Source: Opitutia bacterium
GTDB taxonomy: Bacteria; Verrucomicrobiota; Verrucomicrobiia; Opitutales; Seribacteraceae
Reading direction: 5' to 3'
Length of the DNA: 64,000 nt
Assembly: GCA_002716045.1 (NCBI GenBank)
Contig: PAZC01000020.1
Span: forward strand, 165,220 to 229,219
Shown here: in pieces, positions 1 to 11,534 of the stretch
How the letters are laid out: each line of letters starts with the position of its first letter
How positions within the stretch are numbered: the first letter of the stretch is position 1
Translations under genes and position numbers: made by a program
Notes under the pieces: model-generated
What the model was told of the DNA's origin: nothing
Database searches by the model: none
What the model saw: only the letters and a program-made list of their open reading frames with translations

Positions 1-3000
1 ACGACAAGGTGATTTTAGCCTCGGAAGTCGGGGTCTTGAGCTCCATTGAATCAAAGAACGTAATAAAGAAGGGGCGTCTCGAACCAGGTCGCATGTTCCT
101 CATCGACATGAAAGCTGGTCGCATTGTGGATGACACTGAACTGAAGGAGGAAGTGGCCAAGGGTGCTCCCTACGGCAAATGGCTCGAAGATGGATTGCTC
201 GAGGCAAGCGAACTATCTCCCTCCAACAATAACCGACTTGACGATTTCGACTCCATTTTAGCCAAGCAAAAGGCTTTTGGCTATACCTTCGAGGACATGC
301 GTTTCCTCATCGGGCCGAGCGCCGGATCAGGAAAGCAACCGCTTGGCTCGATGGGAAATGACTCACCCTTGGCCGTGCTATCCGATCAGACGCAACATCT
401 ATACAACTATTTCAAGCAACTATTTGCCCAAGTGACAAATCCTCCCATCGACCCCATTCGGGAGGAACTCATCACTGCCACCATAAGTTTCGTGGGATCG
501 GAAGGCGACCTAACCAATCCCGGCCCCGAGAGTTGCCGAATGATCAAGTTCGATTCACCTCTGGTAGAAGATGCCGTAATCGAGCAACTGCGCGAAATCG
601 AACTGGAGCATTATCGCTCGAGCACCTTGCCCATTTTATTTGAGCCCAATGCCGTTTCCAGAGGCGAAGACCTTGAATCCGCCTTAAACAAGCTCTTTGC
701 AAAAGCTGACGAGGCAATTGCCAATGGAGTCAACCTATTGATTCTCTCAGACCGTGAAGTGGGACCCGAACAAGCTGCCATACCTGCCTTACTCGCCGTG
801 GCTGGCTTGCATCATCATCTCATTCGGCAAGGAACCCGCACTCGAAGCTCGATTATTCTGGAATCAGGCGATCCTCGTGAAGTGCAGCACTTCGCACTCC
901 TCTTGGGTTACGGCGCCGACTTAATCAACCCATACCTTGCCTTGGAGACCGTGCGCCATCTCATCCACGAAGGTGACATTGAGCTAGACCCTGGGAAAGC
1001 TTGCAAGAACTTCCTTAAGGCAAACATAAATGGCGTGGTAAAAACCATGTCGAAAATGGGCATTTCCACCATTGCCTCCTATCGCGGCGCTCAAATATTC
1101 GAGGCCATAGGACTCAACCGTGAGGTCGTGGACAATTACTTTACCAACACCTCGTCACGAGTCGAAGGAATCGGCTTGGAGACCATATCTGAGGAAGCAC
1201 GCAGGCGGCACGAAAACGCCTTTGCCCCGCGGACGGATGAAAAGGCCGCCCCGCTCGATCCCGGAGGAATATACCAGTGGCGAGCAAATGGGGAAAAACA
1301 CCTCTTCAATCCGGCAACCATTCACAATCTCCAAAAGTCCACTCGTCTGGGCAATTACGAAGTGTTCAAGGAATACTCGGACGCAATCAACGACCAGTCC
1401 CGCGAAATGTTTACCTTGCGAGGATTAATGGAATTCAAGTTGGATGAAAACCAATCCATTCCGTTGGAGGAAGTGGAGCCCGCGTCAGAGATCATGAAGC
1501 GCTTCAAGACAGGGGCCATGTCTTATGGATCCATTTCAAAGGAAGCCCACGAATCTCTCGCAATTGCAATGAATAGGATTGGAGGAAAGTCCAACACCGG
1601 CGAAGGTGGAGAGGACAAGGATCGCTTCACGCCAGATCCCAACGGAGATAGTCGGCGTTCCGCCATCAAGCAGGTGGCTAGCGGACGCTTTGGCGTAACC
1701 AGCTATTACTTGGTAAACTCGGATGAGCTTCAGATCAAGATCGTTCAGGGAGCCAAACCCGGAGAAGGTGGAGAATTACCTGGGCACAAGGTATTGCCTC
1801 CAATCGCCAAAACCCGAGGAACCACTCCCGGGGTAGGCCTGATTTCCCCCCCGCCCCACCACGACATTTATTCAATTGAGGACCTAGCTGAGCTAATTCA
1901 TGACCTAAAGAATTCGAATGTTCACGCCCGCATAAACGTAAAGCTCGTATCCGCAGTTGGCGTAGGCACTATTGCCGCGGGGGTAGCCAAGGCCAAAGCC
2001 GACGTAATATTGGTGTCGGGATATGACGGGGGCACCGGGGCCTCACCCCGCTCCTCTATACAACACGCTGGGGCTCCCTGGGAGTTGGGCGTGGCCGAAA
2101 CTAACCAAACCCTTTTGTTGAATGACTTGCGCAGCCGCGTGGTCATCGAGACGGACGGTCAGCTGAAGACCGGTCGAGACGTCGCCATTGCCTGTCTGCT
2201 TGGGGCCGAGGAATTCGGATTCGCCACCACCGCTCTCGTGACCCTGGGATGCCTTATGATGCGTGTTTGCCACAAGAACACCTGCCCGGTGGGGGTGGCA
2301 ACACAGGATCCCGTCCTTCGTGAAAAATTCATGGGTGGTCCTGACGCTGTAGTTAACTTCATGCAATATGTCGCGGAAGAGCTTCGTGAAACCATGGCGA
2401 CACTGGGCTTTCGTACCATCAATGAAATGGTTGGGCGAGTGGACAAACTCGAATTACGCAAAGCAATCGATCACTGGAAAGCAAAAGGGCTGGATTACTC
2501 GAATATCTTGCACAAACCAGAAGTAGGCCCAGAAGTAGGCACTTATTGCCAAATGGACCAGGACCACCTGCTCGACAAAGCCTTGGACAACCGGGAAATT
2601 CTTCGCCAAGCTGAACCCACCCTGAAAGATGGCACCCCCGTCGAAATCAATCTGCCCATAGTTAACACTGACCGCGTGGTTGGAACGATAACTGGAGCAG
2701 AACTCTCTCGCCGTCACGGAGACGAAGGCCTACCGGAAGATACCCTTCGTCTTAACTTCACGGGTTCGGCAGGACAAAGCTTTGGCGCATTCTGCCCTCA
2801 AGGCATGACTCTTTCCGTAACCGGAGACACCAATGACTATTGTGGCAAAGGATTGTCAGGAGCCAAGGTAATCGTTCGCCCACCCGAGGACTCGCCTTTC
2901 GTTGCTCACGAGAACATAATCACCGGAAACGTTTGCTTCTATGGCGCCACTGGGGGCAAAGCCTACGTAGCAGGTGTGGCAGGAGAACGTTTCTGTGTTC

Positions 3001-3452
3001 GCAACTCGGGAGTTCATGCGGTCATCGAGGGAATGGGTGATCATGGTTGCGAATACATGACAGGCGGACAAGTGATTTGCCTGGGGCTGACCGGCCGCAA
3101 TTTCGGAGCCGGCATGTCTGGAGGCATCGTCTATGTCTTGGACGAGGAAGGCGACTTCGTGAACAAACGACTCAACCATGAAATGGTGAAGGTCTATCCC
3201 TTGGTTGAATGTGACGACGATGAAATCGCCGCGATACGCTCGGAGATCGAACAACACGTCGAATATACAGGCTCCAAGCGCGGCCAAATGATTCTCGAAC
3301 AATGGGAGGCCTTCCTCGACAAATTCATCAAAGTGATGCCGGAGGACTACGAACGCGTATTGGTCGCCATGCAGCGAGCAAAGGAACGAGGCCTTGAGGG
3401 AGACGAGGCCATCCAGGCCGCCTTCGAGGAAAACGTCAAGGCAGGTCACTAA
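1..3452 (+). CDS. gltB: Glutamate synthase large subunit, 5' end cut by window edge
   Basis: Frame 3 is open from nt 3 with no upstream stop, so the N-terminal amidotransferase domain lies outside the window. The translation shows the GltS central and FMN/3Fe-4S region ([44 protein letters not shown]) and the C-terminal GXGXG beta-helix ([11 protein letters not shown]). The small-subunit gene follows 36 nt downstream. Confidence 0.95.
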   Translation, partial: DKVILASEVGVLSSIESKNVIKKGRLEPGRMFLIDMKAGRIVDDTELKEEVAKGAPYGKWLEDGLLEASELSPSNNNRLDDFDSILAKQKAFGYTFEDMRFLIGPSAGSGKQPLGSMGNDSPLAVLSDQTQHLYNYFKQLFAQVTNPPIDPIREELITATISFVGSEGDLTNPGPESCRMIKFDSPLVEDAVIEQLREIELEHYRSSTLPILFEPNAVSRGEDLESALNKLFAKADEAIANGVNLLILSDREVGPEQAAIPALLAVAGLHHHLIRQGTRTRSSIILESGDPREVQHFALLLGYGADLINPYLALETVRHLIHEGDIELDPGKACKNFLKANINGVVKTMSKMGISTIASYRGAQIFEAIGLNREVVDNYFTNTSSRVEGIGLETISEEARRRHENAFAPRTDEKAAPLDPGGIYQWRANGEKHLFNPATIHNLQKSTRLGNYEVFKEYSDAINDQSREMFTLRGLMEFKLDENQSIPLEEVEPASEIMKRFKTGAMSYGSISKEAHESLAIAMNRIGGKSNTGEGGEDKDRFTPDPNGDSRRSAIKQVASGRFGVTSYYLVNSDELQIKIVQGAKPGEGGELPGHKVLPPIAKTRGTTPGVGLISPPPHHDIYSIEDLAELIHDLKNSNVHARINVKLVSAVGVGTIAAGVAKAKADVILVSGYDGGTGASPRSSIQHAGAPWELGVAETNQTLLLNDLRSRVVIETDGQLKTGRDVAIACLLGAEEFGFATTALVTLGCLMMRVCHKNTCPVGVATQDPVLREKFMGGPDAVVNFMQYVAEELRETMATLGFRTINEMVGRVDKLELRKAIDHWKAKGLDYSNILHKPEVGPEVGTYCQMDQDHLLDKALDNREILRQAEPTLKDGTPVEINLPIVNTDRVVGTITGAELSRRHGDEGLPEDTLRLNFTGSAGQSFGAFCPQGMTLSVTGDTNDYCGKGLSGAKVIVRPPEDSPFVAHENIITGNVCFYGATGGKAYVAGVAGERFCVRNSGVHAVIEGMGDHGCEYMTGGQVICLGLTGRNFGAGMSGGIVYVLDEEGDFVNKRLNHEMVKVYPLVECDDDEIAAIRSEIEQHVEYTGSKRGQMILEQWEAFLDKFIKVMPEDYERVLVAMQRAKERGLEGDEAIQAAFEENVKAGH

Positions 3453-3488
3453 AAGAGATCCCTGTCGCGCCAAACCATTTACACATCC

Positions 3489-4970
3489 ATGGGCAAACCA
3501 ACTGGCTTTCTAGAATTCGAACGCAATCCAATCCCCGATCGCCCTCCGCTCGAGCGCATCAAGGACTGGGACGAAATCCACGAGCCGTTCGACGAATCCA
3601 AGTTGCGAGACCAAGGGGCTCGCTGCATGGATTGCGGAACACCTTATTGTCACACCGGCATGCTGATCAGCAACATGGCAAGCGGATGCCCGGTCAACAA
3701 CTTGGTTCCGGAATGGAACGATCTCGTCTACAGGGGAAAGTGGAGAGAAGCCCTAGAACGATTGCACAAGACGAATAACTTCCCTGAGTTCACTGGGCGC
3801 GTATGCCCGGCTCCATGCGAAGGTTCCTGTGTCCTCGGTGTAATCGAGCCACCTGTAACCATCAAGAGCATCGAATGCTCCATCATCGACAAGGGCTTCG
3901 AGGAAGGTTGGGTAGTTCCGGATCCTCCAAAGACGCGAACCGATAAAAAAATCGCAGTGGTAGGTTCGGGTCCCTCGGGTATGGCAGCCGCGGACCAGCT
4001 CAACAAGACAGGTCATTCTGTTACTGTATTCGAACGAGCAGATCGTATAGGTGGCCTTCTCACTTACGGCATACCGAACATGAAGCTGGAGAAATGGATC
4101 GTTCAGCGCAGAGTCGACCTGATGGCGGCCGAAGGTATCGAATTCAAGACCTCAGTGGAAATCGGCAAGGATCTGTCTGCCAAACAATTAATGGATGACT
4201 TCGACTCCGTCGTTCTTTGCTGTGGAGCCACCAAACCTCGAGATCTGCCCATCGAAGGCAGAAAGTTGGAAGGGGTTCACTTTGCAATGGACTTCCTGAC
4301 GCGCAACACGAAGGGCCTCCTTGAGGCAAAGGACGTCACCGCTTTTGAAATGGCTGCCAAGAAAAAAGACGTCGTCGTTATCGGTGGAGGTGACACGGGA
4401 ACCGATTGCGTTGGAACCTCAATAAGACACGGTTGCCGTAGCATCACGCAGCTAGAGATCATGCCTCGTCCTCCCGACGAAAGAGCTGACAACAATCCCT
4501 GGCCGGAATGGCCCAAAGTATATGGACTCGATTACGGGCAAGAAGAGGCCAAAGAGTTGTTCGGCCAAGACCCGCGACAATATCTTGTTTCGACCAAGAA
4601 ATTCATTGGTGACGACGACGGCAATCTGCAAGGCTTACTCGTCCATGACATCGAATGGCAGGAAAAGGACGGACGGTTCACGCCAGTGGAGGTAGCAGGT
4701 AGCGAGCGTGAAATTCCTGCCCAGCTCGCCCTCTTGGCAATGGGATTCCTTGGCCCCGAAGACACCATTGTCGAAGAACTCGGGTTGGAAAGAGACGGAC
4801 GTTCCAACGTGCAAGCTGAATACGGAAAATTTTCCACTAGCATGGAAGGCGTCTTCGCCGCCGGCGACATGCGTCGCGGACAATCCCTGATCGTTTGGGC
4901 CATCAACGAAGGTCGAGCCGCAGCCCGCGAGTGTGATCGCTTCCTGATGGGAGAAACCACTCTTCCCTAA
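3489..4970 (+). CDS. gltD: Glutamate synthase small (NADPH) subunit
   Basis: 493 aa with an ATG start. It has N-terminal Fe-S cysteine clusters ([19 protein letters not shown]) and two dinucleotide-binding motifs ([23 protein letters not shown]), and sits immediately after gltB. Confidence 0.93.
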   Translation: MGKPTGFLEFERNPIPDRPPLERIKDWDEIHEPFDESKLRDQGARCMDCGTPYCHTGMLISNMASGCPVNNLVPEWNDLVYRGKWREALERLHKTNNFPEFTGRVCPAPCEGSCVLGVIEPPVTIKSIECSIIDKGFEEGWVVPDPPKTRTDKKIAVVGSGPSGMAAADQLNKTGHSVTVFERADRIGGLLTYGIPNMKLEKWIVQRRVDLMAAEGIEFKTSVEIGKDLSAKQLMDDFDSVVLCCGATKPRDLPIEGRKLEGVHFAMDFLTRNTKGLLEAKDVTAFEMAAKKKDVVVIGGGDTGTDCVGTSIRHGCRSITQLEIMPRPPDERADNNPWPEWPKVYGLDYGQEEAKELFGQDPRQYLVSTKKFIGDDDGNLQGLLVHDIEWQEKDGRFTPVEVAGSEREIPAQLALLAMGFLGPEDTIVEELGLERDGRSNVQAEYGKFSTSMEGVFAAGDMRRGQSLIVWAINEGRAAARECDRFLMGETTLP

Positions 4971-4981
4971 ATCAATTAAGC

Positions 4982-5584
4982 ATGCAAATCCTCTGCCTCG
5001 ACCTCGAGGGCGTGCTCGTCCCGGAGATATGGATCGCTTTCGCGAAGAAGACGGGAGTAGAGGCCCTGCGTCGAACCACTCGTGACGAACCCGATTACGA
5101 CGTTCTCATGCGTTATCGGTTGGACATCCTAAACCAACACGGCTTCAAGCTTCCGCAAATACAGGAAGTAATCGCATCCCTAGAACCCTTGCAAGGAGCT
5201 ATCCCCTTCGTAAAAAAAGTTCGGGAGTGGGGTGAGCTAATCGTACTCTCCGACACCTTCACCCAATTCGCGGGCCCCCTCATGAAACAATTGGGGCACC
5301 CCACCCTCTTCTGCCATGAACTAGACGTGGAACCAAATGGCAAGATCACCGACTATCGGCTTCGCTCAACCGACCACAAAACAAAGACCGTGCATGCCCT
5401 TCAGGGCCTAAACTACAAGGTGATCGCAGCAGGCGACAGTTACAATGACCTCGGCATGCTCGACGCCGCAGATCACGCCTTGCTTTTCCGGCCACCAGAA
5501 TCTTTGATCTCGGAACGGACGGACTTGGAAGTGGCCCAAGAATACGATGAACTTTACGCCAAAATCAAAGCCTTCTCTCAATGA
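4982..5584 (+). CDS. thrH: HAD-family phosphoserine phosphatase / homoserine phosphotransferase (ThrH-like)
   Basis: 200 aa. It has the HAD nucleophile motif near the N-terminus (CLDLEGVLVPEIWIAFA) and a C-terminal AAGDSYND motif. It is collinear over its whole length with Pseudomonas ThrH as I remember that sequence. It lies 11 nt after gltD. Confidence 0.75.
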   Translation: MQILCLDLEGVLVPEIWIAFAKKTGVEALRRTTRDEPDYDVLMRYRLDILNQHGFKLPQIQEVIASLEPLQGAIPFVKKVREWGELIVLSDTFTQFAGPLMKQLGHPTLFCHELDVEPNGKITDYRLRSTDHKTKTVHALQGLNYKVIAAGDSYNDLGMLDAADHALLFRPPESLISERTDLEVAQEYDELYAKIKAFSQ

Positions 5585-6129
5585 TTACTATAATTATAGG
5601 AACCAACCGAGCTGGTAGCGTGTCGGCCCAAGTCGCCTCCTTCTTGTCCACCGTCTACGATGAGATCGGAATAAAGAACCAAACACTAGACCTTGCCGAG
5701 CTTCCTCCCGAGACCTTTTCTCCAGATGCCTACGCCGAGAAACCGGCTCGCGTAATCGAGTTCACCGAGCAAATACTGGCTTCCTCCGGACTTGTCGTGA
5801 TCGCTCCCGAATACAATGGCAGCATGGCAGGCGCCCTCAAGCTTTTCATAGATATGCTGCCCTTTCCCGAGAGCTTCGAGGATCGCCCCGTCTCATATAT
5901 TGGCATTGCAGCCGGACAATTCGGTGGTCTCCGCCCCGTCGAACACCTGCAACAAGTCTTCGGCTACCGTAACGCCTTGAACTATCCCCGTCGCGTATTC
6001 ATACCCGCCGTCGGCTCTGTCGTCCAAGCCGAGGGCGGACTCGGCAAACACGAGTTCGGCGAGCGGCTTCGCGAACAAGCCAAAGGCTTCGCTGACTATT
6101 GTCGTTCCCTCGGCAAGCTTGCCGACTAG
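5581..6129 (+). CDS. NAD(P)H-dependent FMN reductase family oxidoreductase
   Basis: 182 aa flavodoxin-like fold with IIGTNRAGS and APEYNGS motifs typical of the FMN_red family. Its start overlaps the thrH stop (ATGA). Confidence 0.7.
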   Translation: MITIIIGTNRAGSVSAQVASFLSTVYDEIGIKNQTLDLAELPPETFSPDAYAEKPARVIEFTEQILASSGLVVIAPEYNGSMAGALKLFIDMLPFPESFEDRPVSYIGIAAGQFGGLRPVEHLQQVFGYRNALNYPRRVFIPAVGSVVQAEGGLGKHEFGERLREQAKGFADYCRSLGKLAD

Positions 6130-6989
6130 GTATGAAAGGCTCGCTCGGTAAATTCGCCTGCCAAACAAAAGTCGATTTGCTCGTATAAATTGGGGCGAAT
6201 CGAGCTACGAAACTCACTATACAAGCAGCAGAACTCCTTGCCGCGTCTGCCTGCCTCTCTCGCCAACGCTGCTGTCAAGGCACTGGCAAAGCCTCGTCCA
6301 CGATAATTTTTGGGCGTGAAGACCATGTTGATGACCAAGCCATTGGGAGTTTCACGCCCAAAGCCTCCCATGGCCCTTATCTGTTCATTCTCCTCCCAGA
6401 CAAACAAATTTCCCTGACCCAACATGCGTTGGCTTAACCTAGTTAGCGAACGAGGATCCATCGGCCTCGGAGATTCGGCGCCAAAATCAATTGCCCAACC
6501 ACGAAGTAACTCTGCCTCTTGCTGGCAAGCTTTCCTCAAGAACCCCTGTTGGCTATTTTTTTGCTCTGCATTTGTAGAAGACGAATAAAAAGACAAGGAG
6601 GCTCCCAATTTCACAGACACTCCAACAATATCTTGCCAAACTTCCGCAAATGAACTGGCAACGGGTTCGGGACCACTCGCTCCATTAAGTGAAATGCTCG
6701 AAGCAGACAAGTGATTCGCCAAAGCAGAACAGGCCGAATCTTTTCCCGCAGACAATATCAGATATCCTGTCACCGAGGGCAAAGCAGCAAGCAGCGGCTT
6801 GCCATCCCCTTCCACCAACCACCCGGACCAAGACCGTGCCGCGCTAGTGTTTTGAGCGGAAACTCGCCCCACCTCCCAAATCAAATTACTTTCAGCCTCA
6901 TTCTCGAGCAGGAGCGGGTGAGCCTCTTCCAGAAAGGATTGCCAGTTTGAGAAAGTCTCTACACGAAAAGACATTGTCTCCTTGCTCAT
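6126..6989 (-). CDS. GNAT family N-acetyltransferase with N-terminal extension
   Basis: 287 aa. The C-terminal third has the acetyl-CoA-binding motif R/Q-x-x-G-x-G/A (RGRGFASALTAALAREA). It is convergent with the previous gene, overlapping by 4 nt. An alternative ATG is at 6974. Confidence 0.65.
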   Translation of the reverse strand: MSKETMSFRVETFSNWQSFLEEAHPLLLENEAESNLIWEVGRVSAQNTSAARSWSGWLVEGDGKPLLAALPSVTGYLILSAGKDSACSALANHLSASSISLNGASGPEPVASSFAEVWQDIVGVSVKLGASLSFYSSSTNAEQKNSQQGFLRKACQQEAELLRGWAIDFGAESPRPMDPRSLTRLSQRMLGQGNLFVWEENEQIRAMGGFGRETPNGLVINMVFTPKNYRGRGFASALTAALAREAGRRGKEFCCLYSEFRSSIRPNLYEQIDFCLAGEFTERAFHT

Positions 6990-7027
6990 TGCATTTCGTT
7001 CTCTAGGCGCGCAAAATATGTGGCTTT

Positions 7028-8230
7028 ATGGTTACCTCCGAAATATCCGACCGTTACCGTCAACGTGGAGTTTCTTCTTCAAAGGAAGAAGTACACGCAG
7101 TAGTCGACGGTCTCGACCAAGGACTCTTTCCTGGCGCTTTTTGCAAAATCACCGAGGATTACCTCACCGGCAATCCGGAAAAGTGCAACGTCATTCATGC
7201 CGATGGCGCCGGCACAAAATCAATCCTCGCCTACCTATGGTACAGGGAAACGGGGGATGCCTCGGTCTTTCGGGGGACCTCCCAAGACAGCTTGGTCATG
7301 AACTTGGATGACCTGGCATGCGTGGGTGCCACCGACGACGTAGTGGTTTCCAGCACAGTCAACCGTAATGCGCGTAACTTCCCAGGCGAAGCTCTAGCCG
7401 AGTTGATTGCGGGAACCGAAGAGTTTCTCGAGGGACTACGTGATCTTGGTGTGCGGGTCACCTCCTGCGGTGGCGAAACCGCGGACGTGGGAGACCTTAC
7501 GGGAACTGTCATCGTAGATTCCTGCGCAGTGGCCACCCTTGACCGAGGCAAAGTGGTGGACAATGCAGCCATAGAACCAGGATTAGCCATAGTGGGATTT
7601 TCTTCGTCCGGCCAAGCGATTCACGAAAAATTTGAGAACAGTGGGATTGGAAGCAACGGCTTGACCAGTGCCAGGCATGATCTACTCGCTCCCGTTTACA
7701 AGGAAAAGTACCCCGAAACGCGCGACCCACAAACACCCGAGGAACTCGCCTATTGCGGTCCCTACCAAATGAACGAGCCTTTGCCTGGCTCCAATCTCAC
7801 TGTGGGACAAGCCCTTCTCAGTCCCACCAGATGCTACGTGCCGTTGGTCAAGGCCATCCTCTCCGAGCACAGAAGTCAGGTAAGCGGACTCGTACACTGC
7901 TCCGGCGGTGGGCAAACCAAATGCCTGCGTTTTGGAACTGGGGTGAAACACGTAAAAGACAACCTAATGCCTACCTCTCCCGTGTTCGAGGCTATCCAGA
8001 AAGCCAGCGGTACAAGCGACGAGGAAATGTACCGCGTATATAATATGGGGCATCGCCTGGAGGCCTACTGCGAACCATCGATAGTCGACGATGTAGTCAC
8101 CATAGCCGATGGTTTCGGCATAGATGCGCAAGTGGTCGGACGCACCGAGCCCTCCGAGCGCTCCGATGGTTCCAACCATTTGATCATTCGCCGTGGGGAT
8201 CTTGCCCTTACCTACGACACCTCATCCTAG
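7028..8230 (+). CDS. AIR synthase (PurM) family protein, long form
   Basis: 400 aa with PurM-superfamily motifs [17 protein letters not shown] and CSGGGQTK. Its length and N-terminus resemble the roughly 390-aa PurM-like proteins of Bacteroidota/PVC rather than classical 345-aa PurM. Confidence 0.65.
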   Translation: MVTSEISDRYRQRGVSSSKEEVHAVVDGLDQGLFPGAFCKITEDYLTGNPEKCNVIHADGAGTKSILAYLWYRETGDASVFRGTSQDSLVMNLDDLACVGATDDVVVSSTVNRNARNFPGEALAELIAGTEEFLEGLRDLGVRVTSCGGETADVGDLTGTVIVDSCAVATLDRGKVVDNAAIEPGLAIVGFSSSGQAIHEKFENSGIGSNGLTSARHDLLAPVYKEKYPETRDPQTPEELAYCGPYQMNEPLPGSNLTVGQALLSPTRCYVPLVKAILSEHRSQVSGLVHCSGGGQTKCLRFGTGVKHVKDNLMPTSPVFEAIQKASGTSDEEMYRVYNMGHRLEAYCEPSIVDDVVTIADGFGIDAQVVGRTEPSERSDGSNHLIIRRGDLALTYDTSS

Positions 8231-8237
8231 TATAGCA

Positions 8238-9146
8238 ATGTCAGCTTCGCCCGCCATTCTCGCAGGAGATTCACCCGCCATTGACGAAGTGGGCGTGAAG
8301 GAAAGGGTGGCCCGGTTCCGAACCCGCAGCATAAAAAAGGAGTCCAAGATACAGGCTCTGGAGCTCATCCTCTCGATGATCGACCTGACTACCCTCGAGG
8401 GGAAAGACACTGAGGACAAGGTGCGGCGTCTTTGCCAAAAAGCCACTCACTTGCACGATGCCCTGCCGGGACTGCCCAAGGTAGCAGCAATTTGCGTCTA
8501 TCCCTCCATGGTCAAAACTGCTCGCTCCGCCCTCGAAGGCAGTGGCGTGAAAACTGCATCTGTATCTACCGCCTTCCCCAGTGGTCAAGACGACTTGAAG
8601 CAAAGGATCAACCAGACGAAAAGAGCCGTGCGCGATGGAGCCGAGGAAATTGACATGGTGATTTCGCGGGGGCGCTTCCTCGCAGGAGATCATGACTTCG
8701 TGACCGAGGAAATCAAGGCCGTCAAGGAGGCCTGCGGAAACGCTCATTTGAAGGTCATTCTGGAGACCGGAGAACTACATACCTTGGACAACGTGAGAAA
8801 AGCAAGCGATCTCGCCATCCGAGCGGGGACCGACTTCATAAAGACCTCCACCGGCAAGGTGCAGCCAGCTGCCACCATGGAGGTCACCTTGGTTATGCTT
8901 GAGGCAATTCGCGATCATTACTATGAAACCGGTCAACGCATAGGCATGAAACCGGCCGGTGGCATTTCCAAAGCCAAGCTCGCCGTTCAATATCTCGTCA
9001 TGCTGCGAGAAACCCTAGGAATCGAATGGCTCACGCCAGATCTCTTCCGTTTCGGGGCAAGCAGTCTTGCCAATGACGTTCTCATGCAGCTTGTCAAACA
9101 AAGCACTGGCGTGTATCAATCCTCTAATTATTTCTCGCTCGACTGA
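8238..9146 (+). CDS. deoC: Deoxyribose-phosphate aldolase (long, DERA-like)
   Basis: Motifs IDLTTLEG, AAICVYP and the Schiff-base lysine context FIKTSTGK. I moved the start to the ATG at 8238, which follows the stop of the upstream gene (8230). The ORF-track start at 8193 overlaps that gene. Confidence 0.85.
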   Translation: MSASPAILAGDSPAIDEVGVKERVARFRTRSIKKESKIQALELILSMIDLTTLEGKDTEDKVRRLCQKATHLHDALPGLPKVAAICVYPSMVKTARSALEGSGVKTASVSTAFPSGQDDLKQRINQTKRAVRDGAEEIDMVISRGRFLAGDHDFVTEEIKAVKEACGNAHLKVILETGELHTLDNVRKASDLAIRAGTDFIKTSTGKVQPAATMEVTLVMLEAIRDHYYETGQRIGMKPAGGISKAKLAVQYLVMLRETLGIEWLTPDLFRFGASSLANDVLMQLVKQSTGVYQSSNYFSLD

Positions 9147-9159
9147 ACGTAACACTGCG

Positions 9160-10662
9160 ATGGCGAAATCAAGAAAGAAGAGCCCACCTCCTCTCAATTT
9201 CAAGGGGAATTGGGATTATGCGCCGGCTCCCGAGTCGACTGAACCCGTGCAGTTGAAAGACCATTACGAACTGTTCATCGACAACAAGTTCGTCCCGGCC
9301 ACCTCCGGCAATGCCTTTCCCTCCATAAATCCAGCCACTGAGAAAACCCTTGCCACGGTATCTGAAGCCAATTCCAAAGACGTTAACCGCGCCGTGCGAG
9401 CTGCCCGCAAGGCATACGAGAGTGTTTGGTCCAAGACCAAGCCCGCGGAACGCGGCAAATATCTCTTCCGAATCGCTCGTCTGATTCAGGAGAGGTCAAG
9501 AGAACTGGCGATCCTCGAATCGATGGACGGCGGCAAACCGATCCGTGAATCCCGAGACATAGACTTGCCCTTGGTCGCAGCCCATTTCTTTTACTATGCG
9601 GGTTGGGCAGACAAACTGGACTATGCATTCCCTGGCAAAACCACAGTTCCATTAGGGGTGGCGGCCCAAGTGATCCCGTGGAACTTTCCTCTCCTTATGG
9701 CAGCTTGGAAGATCGCGCCCGCTCTCGCCACCGGTAACACAGTGGTTTTAAAGCCGGCAGAGACCACGTCCCTTTCCGTGCTCAAGCTAGCCGAAATCAT
9801 CCAAGATGCCGATCTTCCTCCCGGTGTAGTTAATTTGGTGACGGGAGCAGGGGAGACAGGAGACGCCCTCGTCCGGCACAAAGAAATCGACAAGGTGGCC
9901 TTCACCGGATCTACCGAGGTCGGCAAGAATATCCGAAAGGCCTTGGCCGGCACCGACAAGCGCTTCACCCTCGAGCTCGGGGGCAAGGCCGCAAACGTAA
10001 TCTTCGAGGACGCGCCCATAGACCAGGCGGTGGAAGGAGTAATAAACGGTATTTTCTTCAATCAGGGACATGTCTGTTGCGCCGGCTCACGCCTGCTACT
10101 TCAAGAATCAATCGCCGACCTGTTTCTGCGCAAGCTGAAGGATCGTATGGAAACCCTGATCGTGGGAGATCCGCTGGACAAGAACACCGACATCGGCGCG
10201 ATCAATTCCAAGGCCCAGTTGAAAACAATTCAGAAATATATTCGAATCGGAGAAAAGGAGGGCGCATCCCTGCACCAAAGCAGTTGCTCGCTTCCCGGCA
10301 AAGGATACTGGTGCCAACCCACTTTGTTCCTCGACGTCGCCCAGTCTCACCGAGTGGCCACCGAGGAAATCTTCGGCCCGGTTCTATCCGTGCTGACCTT
10401 CCGCACCGTGGACGAGGCCATTCAGATGGCCAACAACGTGCCTTATGGCCTCTCCGGAGGTGTATGGACGGACAAGGGATCCAAAATCTTTCGGGTCGGC
10501 AAGAAATTGCGGGCCGGTGTGGTATGGGCAAATACATTCAATAAATTCGACCCGACATCACCCTTCGGTGGATATAAGGAAAGCGGCATGGGCCGCGAGG
10601 GCGGACTGCACGGCCTGTTGCCCTACGTTGATCTAAAGACAACTGGAGGAAGCTCACGATGA
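9160..10662 (+). CDS. NAD(P)-dependent aldehyde dehydrogenase (full length, catalytic Glu and Cys present)
   Basis: ALDH motifs VIPWNFPLLMAAWK, LELGGKAANVIF (catalytic Glu) and GHVCCAGSR (catalytic Cys). Start trimmed to the ATG at 9160 (MAKSRKK...), just after the deoC stop. Confidence 0.85.
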   Translation: MAKSRKKSPPPLNFKGNWDYAPAPESTEPVQLKDHYELFIDNKFVPATSGNAFPSINPATEKTLATVSEANSKDVNRAVRAARKAYESVWSKTKPAERGKYLFRIARLIQERSRELAILESMDGGKPIRESRDIDLPLVAAHFFYYAGWADKLDYAFPGKTTVPLGVAAQVIPWNFPLLMAAWKIAPALATGNTVVLKPAETTSLSVLKLAEIIQDADLPPGVVNLVTGAGETGDALVRHKEIDKVAFTGSTEVGKNIRKALAGTDKRFTLELGGKAANVIFEDAPIDQAVEGVINGIFFNQGHVCCAGSRLLLQESIADLFLRKLKDRMETLIVGDPLDKNTDIGAINSKAQLKTIQKYIRIGEKEGASLHQSSCSLPGKGYWCQPTLFLDVAQSHRVATEEIFGPVLSVLTFRTVDEAIQMANNVPYGLSGGVWTDKGSKIFRVGKKLRAGVVWANTFNKFDPTSPFGGYKESGMGREGGLHGLLPYVDLKTTGGSSR

Positions 10663-11534
10663 AGGGGGCGGATCAGGACCGCCTGCTGGTGGCCAAGACT
10701 TACAAACTGTATCTCGGGGGAGCCTTTCCACGAACTGAGTCAGGAAGAACGATCAAGGTTCTTGATACAAAGGGCAACCTGTTGGCCAATACCTGTCGAG
10801 CTTCCCGAAAAGATTGCAGGGAAGCCGTCGTCGCCGCCCGCGGAGCGGCCGAGGGATGGGCTGCTCGTTCGGGATATAATCGCGGTCAGATTCTTTATCG
10901 GGCGGCCGAGATGCTGGAAGGACGCAGCGAACAGTTCATCGAGGAACTCCGTTCCAGTGGATCCACCGAAGCCAAAGCCAGAAAAGAAGTCGCCTCCAGC
11001 GTGGACCGCCTCGTTCATTACGCCGGATGGACCGACAAGTACCATCAAATATTCGGTGGCGTGAACCCCGTTGCATCCTCACACTTCAATTTCTCACTGC
11101 CCGAGGCATCAGGTGTGACAGTGATCATCGCATCCAATGAAAATCCATTGCTGGGTTTGGTATCTATGATAGCCCCTGCCATCGCCGGAGGAAATACAGT
11201 GGTGTGCATTGCTTCCGAAACTTTTCCCCTTTCCGCCATCACCTTTGGTGAAGTGCTCAATGCCTCTGATTTGCCGGGTGGCGTGGTCAATCTACTCACT
11301 GGTCAAAGAGAAGAGCTTATCCCTCCACTCTCCGGCCACATGGACGTCAACGCCTTGGTATACGCCGATCTCGACGAAAAGGAACGTAAACCGCTGGAAG
11401 AAGACGCCGCCCGCAATCTAAAACGAATCGTAAGAATCAAATCTGCAAACTGGTTTTCGGATGAGGCAGAAGGTCCCTACCCCATCCTCGACCTGCAGGA
11501 AATAAAAACCACTTGGCATCCCATAGGGCAATGA
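10659..11534 (+). CDS. Truncated ALDH-like protein (cofactor-binding half only)
   Basis: 291 aa. It aligns by eye to the N-terminal/NAD-binding part of ALDHs (IASNENPLLGLVSMIAPAIAGGNTVV, GGVVNLLTG). It ends at about the position of the ELGGK motif. Its start overlaps the ALDH stop (ATGA) and its stop overlaps the PNP start (ATGA), leaving no room for a catalytic domain. Confidence 0.7.
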   Translation: MKGADQDRLLVAKTYKLYLGGAFPRTESGRTIKVLDTKGNLLANTCRASRKDCREAVVAARGAAEGWAARSGYNRGQILYRAAEMLEGRSEQFIEELRSSGSTEAKARKEVASSVDRLVHYAGWTDKYHQIFGGVNPVASSHFNFSLPEASGVTVIIASNENPLLGLVSMIAPAIAGGNTVVCIASETFPLSAITFGEVLNASDLPGGVVNLLTGQREELIPPLSGHMDVNALVYADLDEKERKPLEEDAARNLKRIVRIKSANWFSDEAEGPYPILDLQEIKTTWHPIGQ

